Shown here in pieces: positions 11,327-42,565 of a stretch of 64,000 bases of DNA. Position numbers and translations under genes: made by a program. The notes beneath the pieces were generated by a model. It was not told the DNA's origin. It searched no databases and worked only from the letters and a program-made list of their open reading frames with translations. The DNA is from Macrostomum lignano (lineage: Eukaryota), in assembly GCA_002269645.1 (NCBI GenBank), contig NIVC01003570.1, positions 26,723-90,722 of the forward strand. Reading direction: 5' to 3'. Each line of letters begins with the position of its first letter. Position 1 is the stretch's first letter.

Positions 11327-14300
11327 TCACACGCGAAGGAAGAATTCCCCAGGTACGTCCTGTAGCTCGTGCGGCAGAACGGGCAGTCTCAGCAGGTAGC
11401 AGGCGTCCAGGTGGAACAGCACGGCCTGGCAGTCGGCACCGCAGCTGAGTATGCAGTCGGTCAGGTCCGTCACGGGCTGCACGGTCCGGTAGAGGGGCCC
11501 ACTAGAGGATGTCACGTTCAGGTAGACTTTTTCGGACCGAGTGAACACATTGCACGGGAACAAGGGAAATTTGCACGGTTGAGATCTTGGAAGTTCCGCT
11601 GATAGTAACGATAAAAACTAATTGCAGGCCCAATGTCGCTGAGAAAGCATACAGTGTTATTGATCTGGTGTAAGTATGGAGCGGTTTATTCGCAGCGAGC
11701 GTGTGTCTTGGTCTGAGGGTTTCACAAGTTTATTGCTGGTTGAAGGGTGTCTTGGTCTGAGGTGGTTTCACAAGTTTATTGCTGGTTGAAGGGTGTCTTG
11801 GTCTGAGGTGGTTTCACAAGTTTATTGCTGGTTGAAGGGTGTCTTGGTCTGAGGGTTTCACAAGTTTATTGCTGGTTGAAGGGTGTCTTGGTCTGAGGGT
11901 TTCACAAGTTTATTGCTGGTTGAAGGGTGTCTTGGTCTGAGGGTTTCACAAGTTTATTGCTGGTTGAAGGGTGTCTTGGTCTGAGGGTTTCACAAGTTTA
12001 TTGCTGATTGAAGGGTGTCTTGGTCTGAGGGTTTCACAAGTTTATTGCTGGTTGAAGGGTGTCTTGGTCTGAGGGTTTCACAAGTTTATTGCTGATTGAA
12101 GGGTGTCTTGGTCTGAGGGTTTCACAAGTTTATTGCTGGTTGAAGGGTGTCTTGGTCTGAGGGTTTCACAAGTTTATTGCTGGTTGAAGGGTGTCTTGGT
12201 CTGAGGGTTTCACAAGTTTATTGCTGATTGAAGGGTGTCTTGGTCTGAGGGTTTCACAAGTTTATTGCTGATTGAAGGGTGTCTTGGTCTGAGGGTTTCA
12301 CAAGTTTATTGCTGATTGAAGGGTGTCTTGGTCTGAGGGTTTCACAAGTTTATTGCTGATTGAAGGGTGTCTTGGTCTGAGGGTTTCACAAGTTTATTGC
12401 TGGTTGAAGGGTGTCTTGGTCTGAGGGTTTCACAAGTTTATTGCTGATTGAAGGGTGTCTTGGTCTGAGGGTTTCACAAGTTTATTGCTGGTTGAAGGGT
12501 GTCTTGGTCTGAGGGTTTCACAAGTTTATTGCTGGTTGAAGGGTGTCTTGGTCTGAGGGTTTCACAAGTTTATTGCTGGTTGAAGGGTGTCTTGGTCTGA
12601 GGGTTTCACAAGTTTATTGCTGGTTGAAGGGTGTCTTGGTCTGAGGGTTTCACAAGTTTATTGCTGATTGAAGGGTGTCTTGGTCTGAGGGTTTCACAAG
12701 TTTATTGCTGGTTGAAGGGTGTCTTGGTCTGAGGGTTTCACAAGTTTATTGCTGATTGAAGGGTGTCTTGGTCTGAGGGTTTCACAAGTTTATTGCTGGT
12801 TGAAGGGTGTCTTGGTCTGAGGGTTTCACAAGTTTATTGCTGGTTGAAGGGTGTCTTGGTCTGAGGGTTTCACAAGTTTATTGCTGGTTGAAGGGTGTCT
12901 TGGTCTGAGGGTTTCACAAGTTTATTGCTGATTGAAGGGTGTCTTGGTCTGAGGGTTTCACAAGTTTATTGCTGATTGAAGGGTGTCTTGGTCTGAGGGT
13001 TTCACAAGTTTATTGCTGGTTGAAGGGTGTCTTGGTCTGAGGGTTTCACAAGTTTATTGCTGATTGAAGGGTGTCTTGGTCTGAGGGTTTCACAAGTTTA
13101 TTGCTGGTTGAAGGGTGTCTTGGTCTGAGGGTTTCACAAGTTTATTGCTGGTTGAAGGGTGTCTTGGTCTGAGGGTTTCACAAGTTTATTGCTGGTTGAA
13201 GGGTGTCTTGGTCTGAGGGTTTCACAAGTTTATTGCTGGTTGAAGGGTGTCTTGGTCTGAGGGTTTCACAAGTTTATTGCTGGTTGAAGGGTGTCTTGGT
13301 CTGAGGGTTTCACAAGTTTATTGCTGATTGAAGGGTGTCTTGGTCTGAGGGTTTCACAAGTTTATTGCTGGTTGAAGGGTGTCTTGGTCTGAGGGTTTCA
13401 CAAGTTTATTGCTGGTTGAAGGGTGTCTTGGTCTGAGGGTTTCACAAGTTTATTGCTGGTTGAAGGGTGTCTTGGTCTGAGGGTTTCACAAGTTTATTGC
13501 TGATTGAAGGGTGTCTTGGTCTGAGGGTTTCACAAGTTTATTGCTGATTGAAGGGTGTCTTGGTCTGAGGGTTTCACAAGTTTATTGCTGGTTGAAGGGT
13601 GTCTTGGTCTGAGGGTTTCACAAGTTTATTGCTGATTGAAGGGTGTCTTGGTCTGAGGGTTTCACAAGTTTATTGCTGGTTGAAGGGTGTCTTGGTCTGA
13701 GGGTTTCACAAGTTTATTGCTGGTTGAAGGGTGTCTTGGTCTGAGGGTTTCACAAGTTTATTGCTGATTGAAGGGTGTCTTGGTCTGAGGGTTTCACAAG
13801 TTTATTGCTGATTGAAGGGTGTCTTGGTCTGAGGGTTTCACAAGTTTATTGCTGATTGAAGGGTGTCTTGGTCTGAGGGTTTCACAAGTTTATTGCTGAT
13901 TGAAGGGTGTCTTGGTCTGAGGGTTTCACAAGTTTATTGCTGGTTGAAGGGTGTCTTGGTCTGAGGGTTTCACAAGTTTATTGCTGATTGAAGGGTGTCT
14001 TGGTCTGAGGGTTTCACAAGTTTATTGCTGGTTGAAGGGTGTCTTGGTCTGAGGGTTTCACAAGTTTATTGCTGGTTGAAGGGTGTCTTGGTCTGAGGGT
14101 TTCACAAGTTTATTGCTGGTTGAAGGGTGTCTTGGTCTGAGGGTTTCACAAGTTTATTGCTGGTTGAAGGGTGTCTTGGTCTGAGGGTTTCACAAGTTTA
14201 TTGCTGGTTGAAGGGTGTCTTGGTCTGAGGGTTTCACAAGTTTATTGCTGGTTGAAGGGTGTCTTGGTCTGAGGGTTTCACAAGTTTATTGCTGGTTGAA

Positions 14301-16824
14301 GGGTGTCTTGGTCTGAGGGTTTCACAAGTTTATTGCTGGTTGAAGGGTGTCTTGGTCTGAGGGTTTCACAAGTTTATTGCTGGTTGAAGGGTGTCTTGGT
14401 CTGAGGGTTTCACAAGTTTATTGCTGGTTGAAGGGTGTCTTGGTCTGAGGGTTTCACAAGTTTATTGCTGGTTGAAGGGTGTCTTGGTCTGAGGGTTTCA
14501 CAAGTTTATTGCTGGTTGAAGGGTGTCTTGGTCTGAGGGTTTCACAAGTTTATTGCTGGTTGAAGGGTGTCTTGGTCTGAGGGTTTCACAAGTTTATTGC
14601 TGGTTGAAGGGTGTCTTGGTCTGAGGGTTTCACAAGTTTATTGCTGATTGAAGGGTGTCTTGGTCTGAGGGTTTCACAAGTTTATTGCTGATTGAAGGGT
14701 GTCTTGGTCTGAGGGTTTCACAAGTTTATTGCTGATTGAAGGGTGTCTTGGTCTGAGGGTTTCACAAGTTTATTGCTGGTTGAAGGGTGTTTTGGTCTGA
14801 GGGTTTCACAAGTTTATTGCTGGTTGAAGGGTGTCTTGGTCTGAGGGTTTCACAAGTTTATTGCTGATTGAAGGGTGTCTTGGTCTGAGGGTTTCACAAG
14901 TTTATTGCTGATTGAAGGGTGTCTTGGTCTGAGGGTTTCACAAGTTTATTGCTGATTGAAGGGTGTCTTGGTCTGAGGGTTTCACAAGTTTATTGCTGAT
15001 TGAAGGGTGTCTTGGTCTGAGGGTTTCACAAGTTTATTGCTGATTGAAGGGTGTCTTGGTCTGAGGGTTTCACAAGTTTATTGCTGGTTGAAGGGTGTCT
15101 TGGTCTGAGGGTTTCACAAGTTTATTGCTGGTTGAAGGGTGTCTTGGTCTGAGGGTTTCACAAGTTTATTGCTGATTGAAGGGTGTCTTGGTCTGAGGGT
15201 TTCACAAGTTTATTGCTGGTTGAAGGGTGTCTTGGTCTGAGGGTTTCACAAGTTTATTGCTGGTTGAAGGGTGTCTTGGTCTGAGGGTTTCACAAGTTTA
15301 TTGCTGGTTGAAGGGTGTCTTGGTCTGAGGGTTTCACAAGTTTATTGCTGATTGAAGGGTGTCTTGGTCTGAGGGTTTCACAAGTTTATTGCTGGTTGAA
15401 GGGTGTCTTGGTCTGAGGGTTTCACAAGTTTATTGCTGGTTGAAGGGTGTCTTGGTCTGAGGGTTTCACAAGTTTATTGCTGGTTGAAGGGTGTCTTGGT
15501 CTGAGGGTTTCACAAGTTTATTGCTGATTGAAGGGTGTCTTGGTCTGAGGGTTTCACAAGTTTATTGCTGGTTGAAGGGTGTCTTGGTCTGAGGGTTTCA
15601 CAAGTTTATTGCTGATTGAAGGGTGTCTTGGTCTGAGGGTTTCACAAGTTTATTGCTGGTTGAAGGGTGTCTTGGTCTGAGGGTTTCACAAGTTTATTGC
15701 TGGTTGAAGGGTGTCTTGGTCTGAGGGTTTCACAAGTTTATTGCTGGTTGAAGGGTGTCTTGGTCTGAGGGTTTCACAAGTTTATTGCTGGTTGAAGGGT
15801 GTCTTGGTCTGAGGGTTTCACAAGTTTATTGCTGGTTGAAGGGTGTCTTGGTCTGAGGGTTTCACAAGTTTATTGCTGATTGAAGGGTGTCTTGGTCTGA
15901 GGGTTTCACAAGTTTATTGCTGGTTGAAGGGTGTCTTGGTCTGAGGGTTTCACAAGTTTATTGCTGGTTGAAGGGTGTCTTGGTCTGAGGGTTTCACAAG
16001 TTTATTGCTGATTGAAGGGTGTCTTGGTCTGAGGGTTTCACAAGTTTATTGCTGGTTGAAGGGTGTCTTGGTCTGAGGGTTTCACAAGTTTATTGCTGGT
16101 TGAAGGGTGTCTTGGTCTGAGGGTTTCACAAGTTTATTGCTGGTTGAAGGGTGTCTTGGTCTGAGGGTTTCACAAGTTTATTGCTGATTGAAGGGTGTCT
16201 TGGTCTGAGGGTTTCACAAGTTTATTGCTGGTTGAAGGGTGTCTTGGTCTGAGGGTTTCACAAGTTTATTGCTGATTGAAGGGTGTCTTGGTCTGAGGGT
16301 TTCACAAGTTTATTGCTGGTTGAAAAGACAAACAGCTAAATTCGATTTTCATCAAACTTGCTAAGATATTTTCTAATATTCTATTAACTAATATCGAATG
16401 CTTTTGAATAGTCGGTCAAGGTAGGCCTAAACGCTGCACTGCACCAAACTCTGTAATCAAGCTGCTGCCTCACCGGAGCGCAGGTAGATCTGGCGGTACA
16501 CGGAGATCCGCATTGCTCCTCCGCACATCTGGGCGGGGTTGCCAGCGCAGTTGGCGTAGCAGTCGGCGTCGGGTGCCGCGCCAAAACTGCCGTACGAGTT
16601 GCCGCAATAGCATTCGATGTGGAATTGGACGCCGAAGTACTTGAAGTTGCCGTAGCCGCAGAGACGTTGGACCAGCCCGCCAGGCCGTTGAGGTCGCGGC
16701 TCCCATCTTCCGAGAAGTCGAAGAAGCAGCCCAGAGGATCGAATTCGGCAGCCATGGAGTGGCGCAGGGCGAGGCAGCACAGAACTGCCAGCAGAAGGGT
16801 TGAGGCTCGCACTTTCAAGATCAA
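11327..16824 (-). pseudogene. Secreted WSC-domain + PAN/apple-like protein gene, frame-broken as assembled (exons ~16824-16474 and 11598-11327)
   Basis: Signal-like STLLLAVLCCLALRHSMA then FDPLGCFFDFSEDGSRDLNGLAG in one frame. LCGYGNFKYFGVQFHIECYCGNSYG...CYANCAGNPAQMCGGAMRISVYR (WSC Cys pattern) follows in another frame. Phase-1 GTGAG donor at 16473 joins the TATCAG acceptor at 11599 to give AELPRSQPCKFPLFPCNVF...DCILSCGADCQAVLFHLDACYLL...*. Start codon not identified. Confidence 0.75.
11702..16323. repeat. 44-bp intronic minisatellite GGGTTTCACAAGTTTATTGCTG(G/A)TTGAAGGGTGTCTTGGTCTGA, ~105 copies
   Basis: Period 44 (11881 to 11925); nearly invariant except one G/A site. Confidence 0.97.
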
Positions 16825-17984
16825 AGTGTGCTGTGCAGTCCTTCTGTTTTGTTTCGCGCATATTTATCGGGAATGAATGCAGCTTGGATGCTAAAAATTG
16901 CTGGTTGCCATGCACTGTTGCAACTGTCAACAGTTGGTCCGTGCCAGAGCCCAAAGCCCATCTATTTCTATCTATTTTCGCATCTCGTTGCATCGCTTCC
17001 GATGCAAAGACGTCTAAACTAGTGGTCCTTGTTCCGATTGCTAATAGTCCGCTTCAGTCTTAGGGGGAAGGAGAGGTGGGGAGCAGAGAGGAGAGGCATT
17101 GGCGTCCCTGGCAACGGGCTCCTTGAGAGCGCGCTAATTAACGAAAGACGCAGGTCTGGCCGTACTTCTGTTTCCTGTGGCTTCTCCTTCCCTCTGTTTT
17201 GCACCCCTTCATTTCTCACCAAGAAGGATGAACCACCGCAATGTGCCATCCTGTAATTTTCCACCCTGAAATGTGTCTTGCCTGCATGTGTAATCCAGGG
17301 GGCCGTAGCCTACTCGATCCAGAGCGGCGCTAAATTATTTCGTATGTGCCGGCGTCAGTACAGCCGCTGTGCACTCCTGTATGAGCCATTGTTTCGAAAA
17401 TCTTTTCAGCCGGAAATGGAAAGATAAACAAAAAAAATAAAATATTTGTGACTTATTATTAAAATTGATTCGTTTTAAGACGTGAAATTATTTGTTCAAG
17501 TGTTTTTAACATTGTAATTATGATCACGCCGAAATTCTTAACATTACACTTGTAAAGCTCTCTTTATCAACTGCGTTGCCTTTATTTTGTCTAGCGGATT
17601 CTGCTGTATTTTTGAGAGCTTACAACGGAAAGCATCGCGTTTTTCTTCACTTTAGCTCAAAGAAGTAAAGCTACGCTCCTCGGGGTTGGCGGTCTGTCTT
17701 GGCTGCGCCAGCTGTTCCTCCTCTGGAGCGGCCTCCGCGCCGGGCTCATTTTGTTTTTTCCGGCCGGCCGTGTCCGCCTGTCAACCGCATGGGCCAGTTA
17801 GCCGCCTCGCTTTTGATGTCTCTCTGAAACGGATGCTGGCTGCTGTAGTTTTTTCATGCGCTGCTTCATTCCACTGTGAACTCCTACTTGTTTGCGGCAT
17901 TCTATTGTCTTGGTTGCCTCATCATTTATGCCCGCCGAAATTTACTCTAGCCCCGCCTCCTTACTTAGGCGTCCATTATTTCAT

Positions 17985-18440
17985 TATTTACGCCAAGCCC
18001 CACTCCAATCCATTATGTACGCCAAGCTCCCCAATTCATTATGTACGCCAAGCCCCACCCCAACCCCCAATCCATTATGTACGCCAAGCTCCCCAATCCA
18101 TTATGTACGCCAAGCTCCCCAATCCATTATGTACGCAAAGCCCCACTCCAATCCATTATGTACACCAAGCCTCACCCCAATCCATTATGTACACCAAGCC
18201 CCACCCCAATCCATTATTTACGCCAAGCCCAACCCCCAATCCATTATTTACGCCAAGCCCCACCCCAATCCATTATTTACGCCAAGCCCAACCCCCAATC
18301 CATTATTTACGCCAAGCCCCACCCCAATCCATTATGTACGCCAAGCCCCACCCCAACCCCCAATCCATTATGTACACCAAGCCCCACCCCAATCCATTAT
18401 GTACGCCAAGCCCCACCCCAACCCCCAGTCCATTATGTAT
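17985..18440. repeat. ~30-bp degenerate minisatellite CCAATCCATTATGTACGCCAAGCCCCAC
   Basis: Visible tandem units; source of the overlapping P/H-rich ORFs. Confidence 0.9.
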
Positions 18441-18879
18441 GCCGGAAATTCAAGCGTATAGGCCGCACTATGGTGTGTGAGTGTGCCTGCCTGTGCGTAT
18501 GACTGAACCTTTGTCTCTTCAACGCCCAATTTGAATGTATATTTGATTATCAAATTTTCAATTCGTAGAACTTCGCAACCATTTTTTATTTAAAAACAAT
18601 GAAAATTACATCTTACTGGGCAATAATGATAACGTTTTTGATACGATGTTTTGATATTTACATCTTCATTTTCGGTGTGTGGTTTGTATTTGGGAACGAA
18701 ATTTCAAGTATTCGTACATAATAGAGCTAGTCGAATAAAACTTGACAAAATTTTGACAAAGCATAATACAAGAGAAAGCCATATACTTATTATAGCGAGT
18801 TAGCGATATAGCGATACTTATTAGCGAGAGCCTATGTTAGCGAACAACAGGGTTTATATAGTTTGTATTTACACATCTA

Positions 18880-19260
18880 GGGAATCGGGTGGGTGCTTCG
18901 CGGGATAGGAAATTATAATACTCGTAGAAAGCAAGGCCAGGGGAAGAGACCTTCACTGAGCGTGTACATACTGGGAGTGAGGTGGGCGCTTCGCGGGTTA
19001 GGAAATTAGAAGGGAGCGTGTACATCCTGGTAGTGAGGTGGGCGCTTCGCGGGGTAGGAAATTAGAAGGCAAGACCCAGTGAAAGAGACTTTCACTGAGC
19101 GTGTACATCTTGAGAGGGGGATGGGCGCTTCGCGGGGTAGGAAATAAGAAGGGAGTGTGTACACCCTGGGGTGAGGTGGGCACTTCGCGGGGTAGGAAAT
19201 TAAAAGGCAAGGCCAGGGGAAGAGACTTTCTGAGCGTGTATATCCTAGGGAATGGGGTGG
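18880..19260. repeat. Degenerate ~60-bp repeat containing GTGGGCGCTTCGCGGGGTAGGAAAT, ~5 copies
   Basis: Motif recurs at ~18890, 18980, 19040, 19120 and 19175. Confidence 0.75.
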
Positions 19261-20556
19261 AAAAGGAAAGAGGCAGATTAGGAGGCGTTTCTACGTTTGT
19301 AGTCTTCCAGTGAGTAGGGCATGTGCTTTATGAGGCATAAAGATATACAATTGGCATTCACAACAACTGATTTAAATGTACAGTACTCTAATAAATAAAC
19401 CAAAGCTGTTTCGCAAAACAAATTGCCTTCAATCGTTAAGCAGACAAATACAGCAAGAAACAGAAAGCTCTTTTCTGCTTTACACTGCATTAATAAGCAA
19501 TCAAGATGTGCGGCATTGTAACAAAATGCGAGTGCTAAAAGCAACTACCGAGGCTGGATTAGGCATGGAAGCATTGTTTACTAATTTTAACAAAAACAAT
19601 TAACAGCTTTGCTTTCAACCCAGCTCAACACTCAAATGCATCGCCAGATAGACAATTCTGTAAGCACTTTAAATTCTAATTAAGCAAACTTAAGCAGAGA
19701 CAAGGAGCAAAAACTGTAGCGAGACGCAAGCAATGATTAGGGCATTAAAAATTTGACTAATTCTGGTGAAACATGGATTGCCGGAAAGCATGAATATTTC
19801 ACAATAGGCAAGCGGGCAAGCAAGCTCATCAATGGAATCACAGCGAATATTTAATTTATGCTCCAATGATGCTAATGCCATTCAAATGATATGTGAACCT
19901 TGTGTACCACTGAAGGGTAGGCAGTAGCAAAAGTAAGCCAGTTTCATATTAAAACCCCTTTACATAAGCCACTCGATAAATTTTCTTACAAAATGCACCC
20001 AGTCTACTTTCTGTTGGGCATAAGAGTGCGCATGACTTCCTTAATTTGTTCGTCAGGACATTAAGTTTGGAAGAAAACGTACAGAAAACAGCTGAAGTTG
20101 TAAGCGTAAAAGAACCCTGCTATCAGGGCAGTCTAAATGTACATTTTTAGCTGGCGCCTCTGAAAATGTACATGGCTGGGGAAGGCAAATAAAATGGGGC
20201 AGGGGGCCTCGGGGTAAGAGATTTCGGGTGCAGAATACGTGGTCCGAGGGTTGGGCTAGGGAAGCGATCGATAACTGAGCCAATAAAGTCATCGGAAAGA
20301 GCAGAGAAGCCTGTAGTAACATTTGATTTTAATTTTAATTCGACCAAAAATCCCAGCAGACGCCCAATCGAAAGTAGCATGAGCATCAAATTACCAACTG
20401 GCCCATCCGGGGCTGCAAATAGCTCTGGCATTATCACTAACAGTAAAGTACTTTTTTTACTGACGTCTACTAATTTAACGATAGTTTTCCATACTTGCTA
20501 CTGTCCAGCAATTTCAGTAGTCTAAAGCGCAAGTTGTGATTAAGAAGCCTAGAAAG

Positions 20557-38773
<18,217 letters not shown>

Positions 38774-38829
38774 CTGAGACTCTACTCCATGAGGTTACTC
38801 TTTAGAGATGTTTTAGAGAGTTCTGAGAT

Positions 38830-39000
38830 TCTTAGTCAGTTGAGCCTTGTCAGCACCCTGAGATTCTTGGTCAATTGAGCCTTGTCAGCACCCTGAGATT
38901 CTTGTCAGTTGAGCCTTGTCAACACCCTGAGATTATTGTCAGTTGAGCCTTGTCAGCACCCTGAGATTCTTGTCAATTGAGCCTTGCCATCACCCTCAGA
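38830..39000. repeat. ~34-bp repeat GAGCCTTGTCAGCACCCTGAGATTCTTGTCAGTT, ~5 copies
   Basis: Visible tandem units. Confidence 0.85.
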
Positions 39001-42000
39001 TTTGTGTCTTAGGCCTTTAAAAGAACTCTACTATCGCCCCTAGAGAAGCTTGTCCTGAGTGATTTTATAATCCTGAGACTCGTGTCTTAAGCCACGTCAG
39101 AACAGTGCAATGGACCCTACTATCTAGCTGACGTGCTCTATGTACTGGTGTTCGAGCCCTCAACTAGAATATAAAAATATCGCTAACAAGCGATTATAAC
39201 AATCAACTTACTAGTTAATAGACTCCGTTTATTTCTACTGTAATGCTATTAGAAAATCGGCCTTCTCCAGTTGCCTCTCCGATATCAGCGAGCGATGCAG
39301 AGTTCAGCTGCCTGCGACTGGTTCCGCTTCAGTCTGACTGGGTGCCGCTCTCGGCTGCTATGTTTTGGCATTCGAGCAGGGCGGGGCAGAGAAACTGGGG
39401 TGGCAGCCGAGCTTTAGGGGGGGGGGAGCAGGCACTTGCATGCAGACTGCTGCCTGCGCGCACTGCTGGCCCTGCAGAGTGCACTGGAGAGCAAGGACGG
39501 GCCGCGGTGAGACGGCCTGGCGGGCAGCTTTGAGAATCGCGGGGAGGCAGTCGCCGCTGGCGTACACTGCTGCGCCTCTTTCTAGGCGAGCCCCGCCGCA
39601 TACTCGCCCTTCCATCCATCTCTCCCCTGTCTCCCGCTCCCCCCCAAGCCCAGCTTCACAGCCTCCCAAGTCGCCGTACAGCCAGCCCCATCAAGCGGAG
39701 AGGGTTGAACCGGCCGCATGCACTCCCGCGAAGAAAAATCCCCCAGTCCAGCATGGCCAATCAGCCAATTTTTTTGTGGATGCGGTGTTGTACAGTGAGG
39801 CAACAATGATCCCCCGGCACAGGCTTCCCCATCTCCTCTCCCCCCCAGCCAGCAATAAAGCCGACATGCAGCGACCAATTTCTGGCCGGGCGTTGCTTCA
39901 AATGGTTGACGGTTTGTCTGCCTGCCTGCCGGTGTCAGACAGTGGAGCGGACATGGAAAAGCTTCCCGCATGCACGCAGAGATGGAGAGGGACAGGTTTT
40001 AGACCTCTGGGGAGTCTGCTGCTGGTTTGTCTCCTCTGCGACCTCTCTCGGTCCCGAAAACGGATGATTTATTGAGTTGAAAAGATCGAGCTCTGTTTGT
40101 ATGCTGCAGTTATACGCTCGCAGCGCGCTGCTTTTTAAGACGTGCTTCAAAAGAGGGAAACAGAAAGTCAAGCACTTATTAATTTGAATGAGTGACTATT
40201 GCACCGCATGGAGACGTACTGGCTTGGTTATGAGGGGCTGTCAAAAGAGCGCACGCACTCTTAACAGTCTGCCATAAGCGTGCATTGGCGGAAATGAGGG
40301 CAAGATTGGTTCGAGCACAGCATCCAGAGTCAACCTTAGATCAGAACCACTCAGGGCTTGATGAAATAGCCATCAAATGAACCATTAAGTCCCATGAGTG
40401 GTGTACAAAGCGACGAAAACTGAAGTACAAGCCGCGTAATCACGCAAAATTTGCCAAGTTTTATGGCAAGCTGTTCGGAGTGCGTGAGAGGCGCAGGTCA
40501 GCTCTAGCTGTTGGCTATCGGAAATGGTCGAATTAAAATTATAGTCGAAGAGACGTGTCCTACTTCGGCAGTGAAAGGTGCTTCACCTGCCGGGAATCGA
40601 ATGGTCGAATTACTTTATTTGGTACAACACTGTTAACTTTGACTTCGGTGTAATTATTTACCTGCACGCTTGTGCCTAAAATTGACAAAGCCGGTGCATG
40701 CGCGCTTATCCTGTGCAGCATTCAGACGTTGACGATGTTTTCGACGTCTTCAAACATTGCGGGAAATGGGTTACTTTTACCTACACTTAATTACACCGAC
40801 GTTGTTCTCGATCGTTGGCGGATACGTTGCCGGACGTCAAAGCTAGTGCTTCAAGGGCGGATACTCGCTTGTGCCAGAGTGTCAAAAATTCGCAGGCGCG
40901 CTATACATTGTAATTGTGACAGTGCACACTCGCCTCCCATTTGGTTCTACATGTAAGTCTGATAAATTTCTTTGAACTCCTTTTTTCTTTTAACTGCAGC
41001 ATGCATAATTCATACCAATAGCTATTCGTCTTCTCGTGAGGGCGTATGCATGTAGCTTATAAAGCCTTTTGATTTGTTATATGTAGCTGTATCTACGTCA
41101 GTATAAACGGACTTTTTCGTTTCAATAATAACAAATGCGTCGTTCTATATATATTTATGTAAAACAAAAAGGCACAACAAAAACAGTTAAATTTTTTGTT
41201 TATTTTATTGAGTTAAAGCTTCTTTAAATTGACACAAATATATCCTATTTAGAATATTTTAATTTTTATAAAATTCAAAGAAAAAGCAGGTCTAAATCCA
41301 GGTCTAGCACTTAGCAGCTAGGGCCACACAGGCGAGCAGGCGCTGCAGGCAGACTGTCACTTGCTTCAATACTCAATATGTAAAATAATTCACACTTATC
41401 TCATGACCATGACAATTGAGTTTATGAATTCTCTATACATATTATTTACATCGAAAAATGCTTCGAAACTATTTTTTCACAACAATCATTTCATTTCATT
41501 GAGTTCTTATCTTAGGCCTCGTGTCATAAGTAATTCGATTCATTCTTAGGGGCTAGGGCTAGTGATTTCTCACAATGCAGATATTCGTGTTCATGATCAC
41601 TATTGTTATTGACATTCTATATCAAATTTGTTTATTTAACTGAGAACTTTTAAGTTTATATAGGCCCCTAACTTTAACACAATCATTAATCAAGTTGTCC
41701 AGTGACTAAAACCTCTAATTCTGACACTTCCAAAAACTATTTTATCTCTATTCAGCAGATAGTCTGCATTAAATGATACTCTGAATTGTATAGCAATGGC
41801 ATTTTATTTTTCTTTTGAGTATTTACTACCTTTAATTATAAAAATATTAGATTTTTTTCATAAAAAATCAGGACCCACTTAGCATTGATGGGCTTTTTGG
41901 TCTTTGTGCTATTGAAGGTAAGAAAAAACCAAATATTATATTATATCACTTACACTTAGGCCTAATAATTTTCTTTAATGATTTTTTTTATCAAAATATT

Positions 42001-42038
42001 AAAATGTTGCTTCTAAGTCTAGTAGGCCTACTAAATAC

Positions 42039-42565
42039 CCATAGTCAGGAAGGTGGCACAGTGTGCGCCGGAATAATTTTTTTGGGATGATTTGTGCTCC
42101 ATCTATGCACCATCTATGCGCCATTTGTGCGCTGTCTATGCACCGTCTATGCGCCACTCTTCACAAGTAGAGTTTTCTAAGAAAGGCCTTTGTATGAAAA
42201 GCCTTTTTAAAATATTATGCACATTTTCATTTTAAACAAACTTAAATTATACCTACAAATAGAGTAATGCAAAATTGACGTTTTTAGCGATAATTTATAC
42301 TAATTTTATTTACTGTTAATTTTAAAGAAGCAAAAGTTTATCACTGACTTTCTAGACTATACAAATATCCTTTATTTTATGTAAAATTTTTAATTTGCAT
42401 TACAATTTTCATGCATGTCAGGGACCTTATATGCCACAATTATGCGCCGTATGCACTAGGGACCTCAGTATGCGCCAAGTGCGCCGGGCTTGTGCGCCAA
42501 TGTGCGCCGAGACCCTTTGTGTGCGTGGGAATTTTCCCCCTCAGAGGCCACCTTCCTGACTATGG
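42039..42565. mobile_element. 527-bp MITE with perfect 19-bp TIRs and 8-bp TSD
   Basis: CCATAGTCAGGAAGGTGGC (42039-42057) and GCCACCTTCCTGACTATGG (42547-42565). CTAAATAC lies on both flanks (42031-42038, 42566-42573). AT-rich noncoding core with TGCGCC/TGCACC subterminal motifs. Confidence 0.92.

Noticed and set aside
7288-16323. Long regular arrays resembling CRISPR
   Set aside because: Units are contiguous with no unique spacers, there are no cas genes, and the context is eukaryotic.
17640-17800. Exon-like GC-rich stretch on the minus strand (ADTAGRKKQNEPGAEAAPEEEQLAQPRQTANPEERS)
   Set aside because: It has a possible acceptor but no recognisable homology or partner exon, so it could not be assigned.
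39243-40171. Overlapping GC-rich ORFs up to 236 aa
   Set aside because: No domain motifs or consistent splice signals; may be a promoter/UTR region or repeat debris.
40672-40956. 94-aa ORF as the possible first exon of the C16orf89 homolog
   Set aside because: It lacks the expected N-terminal family motif, and no phase-compatible donor could be supported.
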